From NCBI GenBank assembly GCA_004298435.1, contig SCSF01000072.1:3271-67270 (forward strand): a DNA stretch of 64,000 nt, read 5' to 3'. Of the stretch, positions 9,599-19,618 are shown piece after piece. Source of the stretch: Beijerinckiaceae bacterium. GTDB taxonomy: Bacteria; Pseudomonadota; Alphaproteobacteria; Rhizobiales; Beijerinckiaceae. Each line of letters opens with the position of its first letter. Position 1 is the first letter of the stretch. Under the pieces are notes generated by a model that was given only the letters and a program-made list of their open reading frames with translations, was not told the origin of the DNA and did no database searches. The position numbers and the translations under genes were made by a program.

Positions 9599-12037
9599 AT
9601 GCTGAACCTTGCAGAATATCGCAGTCGTCCCGCCGGTCTCGCCGACTTCCTGCCCTGGGCGGCCTTGGTCGAAGAGGGCGTTGTCCTCAACAAGGATGGC
9701 TCTTTCCAGCGCACGGCGCGCTTTCGCGGACCGGACCTTGATAGCGCCACGCCGGCCGAGCTGGTGGGCGTGACCGCCCGACTCAACAACGCGCTGCGCC
9801 GTCTCGGCTCCGGCTGGGCGATCTTTGTCGAGGCGCAACGGATCGCCGCGCAGACCTATCCGCACAGCAGCTTTTCCGATCCGGCGTCAGCGCTGGTTGA
9901 TCTCGAGCGCCAGGACGCCTTCGAAGAGGCTGGCGCGCATTTCGAGAGCCGTTACTTCCTGACCTTCGTCTGGCTCCCGCCCGCCGAGGACGCCTCCCGC
10001 GTCGAGGGCTGGCTCTACGAGGGCCGCGCGCAGACGGGCGTCGATCCGTGGGAGCTGCTGCGCGGCTTTGTCGATCGGACCAATCGCGTCTTGCAACTGG
10101 TCGAGGGGTTCATGCCCGAGGTGGCCTGGCTCGACGACGGCGACACGCTGACCTACTTGCACTCGACCATCTCGACCCGTGCGCAGCGCATCCGCGTGCC
10201 CGAGACACCGATGCACCTCGATGCGTTGCTCGCCGATGAGCCGCTTGCCGGCGGCCTCGAGCCCCGCCTCGGCGCCCATCATCTTCGCACGCTCACTGTG
10301 GTCGGATTCCCGACAACGACGCATCCCGGCATCCTCGACGAGCTGAACCGGCTCGCCTTCCCGTACCGCTGGTCCACCCGGGCGATCCTCCTCGACAAGG
10401 CCGAAGCGGTGAAGCTGCTCACCAAGATCCGCCGGCAGTGGTTCGCCAAGCGCAAGTCCATCGCCGCCATCGTCAAGGAGGTGATGACCAACGAGGCGTC
10501 GACCCTCGTCGACTCCGACGCGGCCAACAAGGCCGCCGACGCCGATCTCGCCCTGCAGGAATTGGGCTCCGACGATGTTGGCCAAGCCTATGTCACTGCG
10601 ACAGTCACTGTCTGGGACGAGGACCCGGGTCTCGCCGCTGAAAAGCTCCGGCTGGTGGAGAAGGTGATTCAGGGCCGCGACTTCACCTGCATGCCGGAAG
10701 GAGTGAATGCGCTCGAGGCCTGGCTCGGCTCCATCCCCGGCCATGCCTACGCCAACGTCCGTCAGCCGCCGGTCTCGACGCTGAACCTGGCGCACATGAT
10801 CCCGCTCTCGGCAGTTTGGGCTGGGCCGGCAAGGGATGAGCATTTCCAGGCGCCGCCGCTGCTCTACGGCAAGACGGAAGGTTCGACGCCCTTCCGACTC
10901 AGCCTGCATGTCGGCGACGTCGGCCACACGTTGATCGTCGGCCCGACGGGCGCGGGCAAGTCGGTGCTGCTCGCGCTGATGGCGATGCAGTTCCGCCGTT
11001 ACCGCAACAACCAGATCTTCGCTTTCGATTTCGGCGGGTCGATCCGCACCGCGGCGATCGCCATGGGCGGCGACTGGCACGATCTCGGCGGCAGCCTGTC
11101 GGCTGGATCGGAACATTCGGTGTCGCTGCAGCCGCTTGCCCGCATCGACGATCAGTCGGAGCGCGCCTGGGCGGCGGAGTGGGTGGCGGCCATCCTCGCG
11201 AAGGAGGGCGTCACCATCGATCCGACCGCCAAGGAGCATGTCTGGTCGGCGCTGAGCTCGCTGGCGTCGTCGCCCGTGGGCGAGCGCACCATCACCGGCC
11301 TGGCGGTCCTGTTGCAGTCGACGGCGCTGAAGCAGGCGTTGCAGCCCTATTGCGTCGGTGGAGCCTCGGGCCGCCTGCTCGATGCCGAGGCTGAGCAGCT
11401 CGGCTCCGCTCCGGTGCAGGCGTTCGAGACCGAGGGCCTGATCGGCGCCGGAGCGGCGCCCGCCGTGCTGACCTATCTCTTCCATCGCATCGAGGGCCGC
11501 CTCGACGGCCGGCCGACCTTGCTCATCATCGACGAGGGGTGGCTGGTCCTCGACGATCCGGCCTTCGCCCAGCAGCTCCGCGAGTGGCTGAAGACGCTGC
11601 GCAAGAAGAATGCCTCCGTCGTCTTCGCCACGCAGTCGCTGTCGGATATCGACGGCAGCAACATCGCGCCCGCGATCGTCGAGAGCTGTCCGACGCGTAT
11701 CTTCCTGCCGAACGAGCGCGCGATCGAGCCGCAGATCACCGCGATCTACCGCCGCTTCGGTCTCAACGATCGCCAGATCGAGATCCTCGCGCGCGCTACG
11801 CCGAAGCGCGACTACTACTGCCAGTCGCGCCGCGGCAATCGCCTGTTCGAGCTAGGTCTCGGCCCCGTTGCGCTCGCCTTCTGTGCCGCTTCCTCCAAGG
11901 CGGACCACGCCGCGATCGAGCGCGTCGTCGCCGAGCACGGCCGCGATGCTTTCACGCCCGCTTGGCTCGCGGACCACGAGCTCCTCTGGGCCGCCGATCT
12001 CATCTCTGACCTGATCAACCTGGAGACATCATCATGA
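9599..12037 (+). CDS. trbE: TrbE/VirB4 ATPase
   Basis: MLNLAEYR start, GPTGAGKS, IIDEGW, FATQSL. Confidence 0.95.
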   Translation: MLNLAEYRSRPAGLADFLPWAALVEEGVVLNKDGSFQRTARFRGPDLDSATPAELVGVTARLNNALRRLGSGWAIFVEAQRIAAQTYPHSSFSDPASALVDLERQDAFEEAGAHFESRYFLTFVWLPPAEDASRVEGWLYEGRAQTGVDPWELLRGFVDRTNRVLQLVEGFMPEVAWLDDGDTLTYLHSTISTRAQRIRVPETPMHLDALLADEPLAGGLEPRLGAHHLRTLTVVGFPTTTHPGILDELNRLAFPYRWSTRAILLDKAEAVKLLTKIRRQWFAKRKSIAAIVKEVMTNEASTLVDSDAANKAADADLALQELGSDDVGQAYVTATVTVWDEDPGLAAEKLRLVEKVIQGRDFTCMPEGVNALEAWLGSIPGHAYANVRQPPVSTLNLAHMIPLSAVWAGPARDEHFQAPPLLYGKTEGSTPFRLSLHVGDVGHTLIVGPTGAGKSVLLALMAMQFRRYRNNQIFAFDFGGSIRTAAIAMGGDWHDLGGSLSAGSEHSVSLQPLARIDDQSERAWAAEWVAAILAKEGVTIDPTAKEHVWSALSSLASSPVGERTITGLAVLLQSTALKQALQPYCVGGASGRLLDAEAEQLGSAPVQAFETEGLIGAGAAPAVLTYLFHRIEGRLDGRPTLLIIDEGWLVLDDPAFAQQLREWLKTLRKKNASVVFATQSLSDIDGSNIAPAIVESCPTRIFLPNERAIEPQITAIYRRFGLNDRQIEILARATPKRDYYCQSRRGNRLFELGLGPVALAFCAASSKADHAAIERVVAEHGRDAFTPAWLADHELLWAADLISDLINLETSS

Positions 12038-12771
12038 TCAAGCTGCGCCATCTGGCGGCGGCAAGCGCCGCCGTGCTCACCCTGGCCGTCGCCGTGCCAC
12101 CCGCCTCGGCGCAGTGGATCGTCTACGACCCGACCAACTTCGGCCAGAACGTGCTCACCGCCGCGCGCGAGCTGCAGCAGATCAACAATCAGATCACGAT
12201 GCTGACCAACCAGGCGACGTCGCTGGTCAACCAGGCGCGCAACCTTGCAAACCTGCCGATGTCGACGTTGACCCAGCTTCAGTCGTCGATCGCCCAGACC
12301 CAGTCACTGCTAGGTCAGGCGCAGAACATCGCCTTCAACGTCCAGCGCATCGAGCAGGCCTATTCGACGAGCTACGGTTCGGCCGCCGGCACAGGTTCGA
12401 CCACCGCCATGGTCGCCAACGCGCAGACCCGCTGGCAGAACTCCGTCGCCGCCTTCGAGGACAGCCTGAAGGTACAGGCGGGCGTGGTCGGCAACATCCC
12501 GACGAACTCCAGTGCGATGACCTCGCTAGTCACGGCCAGCCAGAGCGCCACCGGCGCGCTGCAGGCGGCACAGGCCGGCAACCAACTCTTGGCGCTGCAA
12601 TCTCAGCAGCTTTCCGATCTCGTCGCCGTGCTGTCGGCCAAGAGTCGGGCCGACGCCCTGGAGCAGGCACGTACCGCCTCGGCCGAGGCGCAAGGCCAGC
12701 AGAACTACAAGACCTTCTCGACGCGCACCGGCTATCAGCCCGGAAACGTCACCATGTTCAGCGGCAACTGA
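12034..12771 (+). CDS. trbJ: TrbJ (VirB5-like)
   Basis: Signal peptide, VYDPTN, Q-rich helical body. Confidence 0.9.
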   Translation: MIKLRHLAAASAAVLTLAVAVPPASAQWIVYDPTNFGQNVLTAARELQQINNQITMLTNQATSLVNQARNLANLPMSTLTQLQSSIAQTQSLLGQAQNIAFNVQRIEQAYSTSYGSAAGTGSTTAMVANAQTRWQNSVAAFEDSLKVQAGVVGNIPTNSSAMTSLVTASQSATGALQAAQAGNQLLALQSQQLSDLVAVLSAKSRADALEQARTASAEAQGQQNYKTFSTRTGYQPGNVTMFSGN

Positions 12772-12780
12772 GGCGCGGCG

Positions 12781-13110
12781 ATGCTGGGACGGTCGGAAAT
12801 CTTCCGCGCCGCCGCGATCGTCGCCCTGATCGCGGTCGCTATCACGGCTCTTGTGGTGACCAACCGGCGCCACTCGGCCCCCATTGCCGAGACCCCTCCG
12901 ACCATCGTCACACCAGCATCCGACGACCTCTCGGCCGAGCTGCGCCGTTGCAGCGCGCTCGGTCCCCAGGATGCCGAAGATCCGCATTGCGTCGCGGTCT
13001 GGGAGGAGAACCGCCAGCGATTCTTCGGCAGGCCGGCGCGGCCTCTGCCGCCACAAACGCCCCCAGGCGCTGCCGCGCCGGCCACCCCTTCTAAGGGAGA
13101 TGCGCGATGA
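12781..13110 (+). CDS. trbK: TrbK-alt putative entry-exclusion protein
   Basis: Between trbJ and trbL; TM helix then LRRC...C...WEENRQRFFG. Confidence 0.75.
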   Translation: MLGRSEIFRAAAIVALIAVAITALVVTNRRHSAPIAETPPTIVTPASDDLSAELRRCSALGPQDAEDPHCVAVWEENRQRFFGRPARPLPPQTPPGAAAPATPSKGDAR

Positions 13111-14468
13111 ACAACGTCGGCGTCATCGACACCTTCCTCAACACCTTCACCACCTACATCGATTCCGGCTTCGGCCTGATCAAGGGCGAAGTCGGCTATC
13201 TCTCGTCCACGCTGATCGTCATCGACATCACCCTGGCAGGCCTGTTCTGGGCCTGGGGCGCCGACGAGGACATCCTCCAGCGCCTGGTGAAGAAGACCCT
13301 CTACATCGGCTTCTTCGCCTTCATCATCAACAACTTCAACAATCTATCGGCCATCGTCTTCAACAGCTTCGCCGGCCTCGGCCTGAAGGCGGGCGGCTCG
13401 TCTATCAGCACCGCCGACTTCCTGCGGCCGGGCAAGCTCGCCCAGGTCGGGCTCGACGCCGGACAGCCGCTGCTCGATGCGGCCAACCAGATGATGGGCT
13501 TCACCAGCTTCTTCGCGAACTTCGTGCAGATCGCGGTGCTGATGGTCTCGTGGGTCCTGGTGCTGATCGCCTTCTTCATTCTGGCGGTTCAGCTGTTCGT
13601 CACGCTGATCGAATTCAAGCTGACCACACTGGCCGGCTTCATCCTCATTCCCTTCGCGCTCTTCAACAAGACCGCCTTCCTCGCTGAGAAGGTGCTCGGC
13701 AACATCGTCGCGTCCGGCATCAAGGTGATGGTGCTCGCCGTCATCGTCGGCATCGGCACTGGGCTCTTCTCGCAGTTCACGCAGACCTACGCCGGCGGCC
13801 AGCCGACGGTCGAGCAAGCGCTGTCCGTCGTGCTGGCCGCCCTCGCCATGCTGGGCCTCGGCATCTTCGGCCCCGGCATCGCCACAGGCCTGGTCTCCGG
13901 CGCGCCCCAGCTCGGCGCGGGCGCCGCCGTCGGGACTGGCCTGGCCGTCGCGGGTACGGCGATGGCCGGCGCCGGCGCGCTCGGCCTGGCCGGCAGGGGG
14001 GCGATGGCTGCGGCTTCCGGCACTGCCGCCGCCGCGCGCGGTGGGGCGGCAATGGCCGGCGGCGCGTCCTCCGCCTACAGCCTTGCTTCAGCCGGCCGGT
14101 CCGGCGCGTCGGGCGTCGCGGCCGGACTCGGCGGGGTCGGGCGAGCGGCCGCTTCAGCCGCCGCGGCTCCTGTGCGGCGCGGCGCCGCTCAAGCCGGCAG
14201 TTCGATGCGGGAAAGCTTCGCCGCCGGCGGCCGGTCCAGTTTCGCTGCAACCGGCGGATCATCGACCGGAGGGACGGTCGGCGGCAATTCACCAAGCACG
14301 CCCGCGGCGCCCACCGGCGGATCGGAGGGTTCCGGCCCACCGGCCTGGGCCCAGCGCATGAAGCGCAACCAGTCGATCGTCCACGGGACGCAGACCGCTG
14401 CGCAGGTCCTCAGGTCCGGCGACAGCCATGGCGGCGGCCATTCCGTCGATCTCTCTGGAGGAGAATAA
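13107..14468 (+). CDS. trbL: TrbL (VirB6)
   Basis: IDTFLNTFTTYIDSGFGL, EFKLTTLAGF, G/A-rich tail. Confidence 0.93.
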   Translation: MNNVGVIDTFLNTFTTYIDSGFGLIKGEVGYLSSTLIVIDITLAGLFWAWGADEDILQRLVKKTLYIGFFAFIINNFNNLSAIVFNSFAGLGLKAGGSSISTADFLRPGKLAQVGLDAGQPLLDAANQMMGFTSFFANFVQIAVLMVSWVLVLIAFFILAVQLFVTLIEFKLTTLAGFILIPFALFNKTAFLAEKVLGNIVASGIKVMVLAVIVGIGTGLFSQFTQTYAGGQPTVEQALSVVLAALAMLGLGIFGPGIATGLVSGAPQLGAGAAVGTGLAVAGTAMAGAGALGLAGRGAMAAASGTAAAARGGAAMAGGASSAYSLASAGRSGASGVAAGLGGVGRAAASAAAAPVRRGAAQAGSSMRESFAAGGRSSFAATGGSSTGGTVGGNSPSTPAAPTGGSEGSGPPAWAQRMKRNQSIVHGTQTAAQVLRSGDSHGGGHSVDLSGGE

Positions 14469-14471
14469 GAG

Positions 14472-15161
14472 ATGGCGCTGTTTCGCCGCCCCACCGTTCG
14501 CTACGGTCGAACGCCCGAGCCTGAAACCCCCTATCAGCGCGCCGCCCAGGTGTGGGACGACCGCATCGGCTCGGCTCGGGTGCAGGCCAAGAACTGGCGG
14601 CTGATGGCCTTCGGCTCGCTCGCGCTGTCCATGGGTCTCGCCGGCGGTCTCGTCTGGCAATCGACCCACGGCACCATCGTCCCCTGGGTCGTGCAGGTCG
14701 ACAAGCTCGGCCAGGCGCAGGCCGTCGCGCCCGCCGCCGCCGACTACACGCCCAGCGATCCGCAAGTTGCCTGGTATCTTGCGCACTTCATCCAGATCGT
14801 CCGGTCGCTGCCGGCCGATCCGATCATCGTGCGGCAGAACTGGCTGCAGGCCTACGACTTCACCACCACCTCGGGCTCCCAAGCGCTCAACGACTATGCG
14901 CGCGCCAACGACCCCTTCGCCAAGCTCGGCAAGCAGCAGATCGCCATCGACGTATCTAGCGTGATCCGCGCGTCGCCCTCGAGCTTCCGCGTCGAATGGG
15001 TCGAGCATCGCTATCAAGACGGCGCGCTCGCCGACAACACCCGTTGGACCGCGATCCTCACCATCGCGATCCAGACGCCGACTTCCGCCGACGTGCTCCG
15101 CAAGAACCCGCTCGGAGTCTACGTCACCGCCATCAACTGGTCGAAGGAGCTAGGACAATGA
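14472..15161 (+). CDS. trbF: TrbF (VirB8-like)
   Basis: ETPYQRAAQVWDDRIG, NPLGVYV. Confidence 0.93.
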   Translation: MALFRRPTVRYGRTPEPETPYQRAAQVWDDRIGSARVQAKNWRLMAFGSLALSMGLAGGLVWQSTHGTIVPWVVQVDKLGQAQAVAPAAADYTPSDPQVAWYLAHFIQIVRSLPADPIIVRQNWLQAYDFTTTSGSQALNDYARANDPFAKLGKQQIAIDVSSVIRASPSSFRVEWVEHRYQDGALADNTRWTAILTIAIQTPTSADVLRKNPLGVYVTAINWSKELGQ

Positions 15162-16231
15162 CCTCGCCGATTTCCATGGAAGCCGGCGGTCCGGCTTCGC
15201 GTCTCTTCACCATTCAGCAGAGCCGGAAAGGAGGGATTGCGCCTTTCCGTAAAGCCGCCCTGGCGGCTTTGCTGATGTCCGCCACTACGCTGGGCGGCTG
15301 CGCGCACAATTTCATTCCGCCCGACATCAATTACGACAGCGCGGCGCCGGCAAAGCTCACCGTCGATCCGCCAGCGCCTATCAAGATCGTGGAGTTGCCC
15401 AAGCTGCTGCCGCTGCCCGGGCAACTGAAGCCGATCGACGGTGGCAAGCCGACACCCGAAGCTGCCGACCCGACCGTGCGCGTCAACCAGGCCAACGCTG
15501 CCGCGCGGATTCAGCCGGTGCGCAACGGCTTCATCAACGCGGTCCAGGTCTATCCGTTCTCCGGCGGGGCGCTCTACCAAGTCTATACGGCGCCCGGCGA
15601 GATTACCGACATCGCGCTGCAGGACGGCGAGCAGCTCGTCGGCTCCGGCCCCGTCGCCGCCGGCGACACCGTGCGCTGGATTATCGGCGATACCGAGAGC
15701 GGCACGGGCGCCACCAAGAAAGTTCACATCCTGGTCAAGCCGACGAGACCCGAGCTGCTCACCAATCTGGTCATCAACACGGATCGGCGGACCTACCTCC
15801 TCGAGCTGCGCTCGACCGAGAAGACCTACATGGCCTCGGTCTCCTGGCAGTATCCCGAAGATCAGCTCATCGCGCTTCGGCGGCAGAACCAGGAGGCCGA
15901 CGCAGCCGCGCCGATTGCCAGCGGCGTCGATCTCGCCTCGATCAACTTCCGTTATGCAATCCAGGGCGACAACCCGGCCTGGCGTCCGCTGCGCGCCTTC
16001 GACGACGGGCACAAGGTCTACATCGAGTTCCCGAGCGGCATTGCCCAGGGCGAGATGCCGCCACTGTTCGTCATCGGACCGGCCGGCGGCTCCGAGCTGG
16101 TGAATTACCGAGTCAACCGCAACTATTACATCGTCGACCGCCTGTTCGCAGCCGCCGAATTGCGTCTCGGCGACAAGGATAGCGAGCGGCGCGTGCGCAT
16201 CGTTCGCACCGATGGAAGGCCGCGGTCATGA
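15158..16231 (+). CDS. trbG: TrbG (VirB9-like)
   Basis: Lipobox-like LGGC, GPVAAGDTVRW, TNLVINTDRRTY, FDDGHKVYIEF. Confidence 0.93.
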   Translation: MTSPISMEAGGPASRLFTIQQSRKGGIAPFRKAALAALLMSATTLGGCAHNFIPPDINYDSAAPAKLTVDPPAPIKIVELPKLLPLPGQLKPIDGGKPTPEAADPTVRVNQANAAARIQPVRNGFINAVQVYPFSGGALYQVYTAPGEITDIALQDGEQLVGSGPVAAGDTVRWIIGDTESGTGATKKVHILVKPTRPELLTNLVINTDRRTYLLELRSTEKTYMASVSWQYPEDQLIALRRQNQEADAAAPIASGVDLASINFRYAIQGDNPAWRPLRAFDDGHKVYIEFPSGIAQGEMPPLFVIGPAGGSELVNYRVNRNYYIVDRLFAAAELRLGDKDSERRVRIVRTDGRPRS

Positions 16232-17433
16232 CGGCGGAAGGTCCTGAAGAACAACCGCCGACGCCGACGCCCGTCGTACCGCCCGATCTGCGGCTTCGGG
16301 GCGAACGGCCGCGCGTCACACGCTTGTCGCGCAGGGTGCTGATTGGCCTGGGCGCCGTTTCGGCGCTCGCCGTCGCGGGCGCGCTCGGCTACGCGCTCCA
16401 GACTCGCAACGCGGCGCAGAGCGGCCAGGAGCTGCTTTCCACGCAGAACCGTCCCTCCGCCGAGGGCCTCGCTGGCCTGCCGAAAGACTATACCGGCCTG
16501 CCACGCCAGGCGCCCCCGCTTGGCCCGCCGCTGCCCGGCGATCTCGGCAAGCCAATCCTGAACGCAGGGGCAGCGCCGAACACGGTAGCGCCCGCGACCA
16601 CGCCTGATCCGGAGGCGCAGCGCCGGGCCCAAGAGATCGAGGCGGCGCGGCTCAGCCGCCTCTTTGCCCAGACCAATCAGCAGCCCCAGCCCGTCGGGCT
16701 CGCCGCGCCGGCTGGGATCGGGACGACGACGGGTCCGACTCCCGCACCGCCAGTCGACGCCGGCGCCGCGCAGAACATGCAGGACCGCAAGACGACCTTC
16801 CTCAATGCGTCGACGGACAAGCGCACGGTCAGTCCAGACCGGCTCGACGCGAAGGCCTCGCCTTATGTCGTGCAGGCCGGCACTGTGATTCCCGCCGCGC
16901 TCATCACGGGCATTCGTTCCGATCTGCCTGGTCAAATCACTGCCCAGGTGACGGAGGCGGTCTATGACAGCCCGACCGGCAAATATCTTCTGATCCCGCA
17001 GGGCGCGAAGCTGATCGGCCAATACGACAGCTCCGTCGCTTTCGGGCAGTCGCGCGTCCTGCTGGTTTGGACCCGGATCATCATGCCGGATGGCGGCTCG
17101 ATCGTGCTGGAGCGTCAGGCCGGCGCCGACACGCAGGGCTACGCCGGACTAGAGGACGAGGTCGACAACCATTGGGGCATGCTGTTTAAGGCCGCCGTGC
17201 TCTCGACGCTGCTCAGCGTTGGCGCCGAGGCAGGCACCAGCCAGAATGAGAACAACCTCGTGCAGGCGATTCGCAGCGGCGCGTCCAACAGCATCAGCCA
17301 GACAGGCCAGCAGATCGTCCAGCGCCAGCTCAACATCCAGCCGACCTTGACCATCCGGCCGGGCTTCCCGGTCCGTGTTATCGTCACGCGCGATCTCGTG
17401 CTGGCGCCCTACGGACGGGGAGCAACGCCATGA
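16228..17433 (+). CDS. trbI: TrbI (VirB10)
   Basis: AGTVIPAALITGIRSDLPG, GYAGLED, PTLTIRPG. Confidence 0.95.
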   Translation: MTAEGPEEQPPTPTPVVPPDLRLRGERPRVTRLSRRVLIGLGAVSALAVAGALGYALQTRNAAQSGQELLSTQNRPSAEGLAGLPKDYTGLPRQAPPLGPPLPGDLGKPILNAGAAPNTVAPATTPDPEAQRRAQEIEAARLSRLFAQTNQQPQPVGLAAPAGIGTTTGPTPAPPVDAGAAQNMQDRKTTFLNASTDKRTVSPDRLDAKASPYVVQAGTVIPAALITGIRSDLPGQITAQVTEAVYDSPTGKYLLIPQGAKLIGQYDSSVAFGQSRVLLVWTRIIMPDGGSIVLERQAGADTQGYAGLEDEVDNHWGMLFKAAVLSTLLSVGAEAGTSQNENNLVQAIRSGASNSISQTGQQIVQRQLNIQPTLTIRPGFPVRVIVTRDLVLAPYGRGATP

Positions 17434-17663
17434 CGAAACTCAAGCTCGGGGCGCTCGCCGACGATAAACCCGTTAAGATCACGGTCGAGTTACCTGCCGC
17501 CGTTCATCGCGACCTTGTTGCCTACGCTGAGGTGCTCGGACGAACGACAGGGCAGGTGATCTCCGACCCGGCCAAGCTGATCGTGCCGATGATCGAGCGG
17601 TTCATGGCGACGGACCGAGCGTTCACGAAAGCGCGGCGAGGGGCCTCGATCCAATCCCATTAG
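17430..17663 (+). CDS. DUF2274-family protein
   Basis: MTKLKLG...KLIVPMIERFMATDRAF; terminal gene of the trb operon. Confidence 0.85.
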   Translation: MTKLKLGALADDKPVKITVELPAAVHRDLVAYAEVLGRTTGQVISDPAKLIVPMIERFMATDRAFTKARRGASIQSH

Positions 17664-18580
17664 GTTCCGGCCGAGAGATCCGGATGGCGCTCGCGGAGCA
17701 TAGCGAGAAACGGTTCGAGCGTCGGATTGTTATTCGCCTGTCGCCAGTAAGCGGTAAAGTCGAGACGTGTCGGCCCTTCCTCTTCGTGGACCTCGCGATA
17801 GACTACACCCTCGTAATGGACGCCTGTCGCTCCTTCAAGCATCAGCAACATACCATATTCGGCGCCAACCAGACTCAGCAGGCGATCGAGACTAACGTCG
17901 TGATGTAGTATCCGCTGTGGGCCAGAGCCATGGAGTTTTGCGGTCAACAGTCGTTCGAGTTCGGGTCCCGGACCGCGTTGAGGGAATAGCACTCGCTCAT
18001 TTACAAGATCAGACCAGTTGATCATGCTACGAGCGCAGAATGGATGCTGCGCCGGCATAGCAACGATAACGCGCTCGCTCCAGAGCGGCAGGCGCCGATC
18101 GTCCCAGCTTGGGCCACACGTGGTCATGATGGCGATGTCGATCGCGCTGGTTATCAGGTCACACATTAACCTGTCATGCCCACCGTCGATCGTGTAAACG
18201 TCCACGTCCGGAAAGCGTCGATGATGGTCAGTTAATGTGGCACGCAGGTTGCCAGTCGAGAGTGAGGCATAAACGCCGATTGTGAGTTGCCCGTTTTCGC
18301 CGCGTCCACGAGTTCGCAGTCTTGAGAATACGGTGTCGACTTCTTCAACGATTCGCCGCGCCGCCTCAAGGAACTCATAACCCGCAGCGGTTGGCCGTGT
18401 GCCTCCGTTACTCCGTTCGAAAAGCGTGGCACCCAAACGATATTCAAGGTCGCGCAGCCGCCGGCTGAGGGTTGATTGCCGAATGTGAAGCGCCTCTGCA
18501 GCTTGCCTTAGACTTCTATGCTTAGCTGCAACAATTACCCATCTCAGGTCCCGAAGCTCGATCGCCGCCGCCGTCATCAT
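17660..18580 (-). CDS. LysR-family transcriptional regulator
   Basis: N-terminal HTH LRDLRW...SLRQAAEAL..RQSTLSRRLRDLE; 306 aa. Confidence 0.92.
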   Translation of the reverse strand: MMTAAAIELRDLRWVIVAAKHRSLRQAAEALHIRQSTLSRRLRDLEYRLGATLFERSNGGTRPTAAGYEFLEAARRIVEEVDTVFSRLRTRGRGENGQLTIGVYASLSTGNLRATLTDHHRRFPDVDVYTIDGGHDRLMCDLITSAIDIAIMTTCGPSWDDRRLPLWSERVIVAMPAQHPFCARSMINWSDLVNERVLFPQRGPGPELERLLTAKLHGSGPQRILHHDVSLDRLLSLVGAEYGMLLMLEGATGVHYEGVVYREVHEEEGPTRLDFTAYWRQANNNPTLEPFLAMLRERHPDLSAGT

Positions 18581-18749
18581 TTCTCATCAGCTACACGGAA
18601 GCGTGAGAAATTTGGTGAATTGTCGCTGTCGGAGCGACACCAGCATCAAGACGATGGCTGCGAATTCGCAGACAAGGCCTCCCCCAGTCGAGATCGGCGA
18701 TGAAGCCCTCCGCCAGAGTGAAGGGACCTTGAGCAGCACCGAGGGGGAT

Positions 18750-18911
18750 GCAAAAGACACAGCAATCTCCCGGCTTCGGCCACAAGGTTTCGGCGCAGCA
18801 CGTGCAGGTATAGAAGAACTGGCAAGCGTCGGTCGGCATTGTTTCCGCCTTCATGCTTCCGCAGTTCGGGCAAGTGATTGCGGATTGCGAGATTACCGAT
18901 ATTCCGGCCAT
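18750..18911 (-). pseudogene. GDCCVxC-motif Cys-rich small protein, apparently truncated after GDCCVFC (ORF runs on to 18591)
   Basis: ITCPNCG..ETMPTDACQFFY.C..C...KPGDCCVFC. The tail I recall for the family (SYGSVPCPP) is replaced by unrelated sequence. Confidence 0.65.
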
Positions 18912-18921
18912 CAGCCGCCCC

Positions 18922-19617
18922 TCACATGGCCAACGCCGGAACCCAGAAAAAATAGGCGTTCAGCATATAGAGCCCCGACGCAATCAGCGTCACGCCGCCC
19001 AATGTCTCGAAGGCACGCCGATACGCGGCCAAGCCGTGTAAATTCTCGAGCCAGCCGATGCTGATAGCGCCAAGAGCGACTGGAAGGGCGCGGCCTACGG
19101 CAAACGCGAGCAGAAGAACCGCCCCAGTCCAGGGTGAGCCGAGTCCTGCCGCCGCCCCGAGCAGCACGACGAGCGCCGGCGTGCAGAACGGACAGACCGC
19201 GATCGAGAACACCGCGCCAAGGACGAACGCGCCCCATGAGGCAGTGGGACGTCTCGCTCTCAATGCGAATGCTGGTAGCGGCAGGCGAACCCATCCCGCC
19301 CAGGTGAGCCCGAGAATGATCAAGAGCGGGCCGAGGACGAGCCCCCAACCTCGACCCACGAGAGACGCTACCCAGTGGCCGCCTAGTCCGGCAACGAAGC
19401 CCAATGCCGCGTGGGTGACAAGCATGCCAAGGATGAACAGCGCTGCGAAGAGGATTGCCTGCTTCCTCTCGCGGGCTCTGGTCACGTAGGCGAGCGATAC
19501 CGGAATTGAGGCTAGCGCCACCGGATTGAAGCTGAAGACCAGGCCGGTCAAGAAGCCGATGCCGACGGCCGCTATGCCGGCCTGCTCAACCGCCTGTCGG
19601 AGTGCATCGGGTTCCAT
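18922..19617 (-). CDS. CcdA/DsbD-like membrane protein
   Basis: Six hydrophobic segments; GLVFSFNP, FSIAVCPFCTP, LAFAVGRALP motifs. Confidence 0.8.
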   Translation of the reverse strand: MEPDALRQAVEQAGIAAVGIGFLTGLVFSFNPVALASIPVSLAYVTRARERKQAILFAALFILGMLVTHAALGFVAGLGGHWVASLVGRGWGLVLGPLLIILGLTWAGWVRLPLPAFALRARRPTASWGAFVLGAVFSIAVCPFCTPALVVLLGAAAGLGSPWTGAVLLLAFAVGRALPVALGAISIGWLENLHGLAAYRRAFETLGGVTLIASGLYMLNAYFFWVPALAM

Positions 19618-19618
19618 A

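Noticed and set aside
18750-18911. Selenoprotein in the GDCCVxC family
   Set aside because: No in-frame TGA; all candidate positions are TGC/TGT
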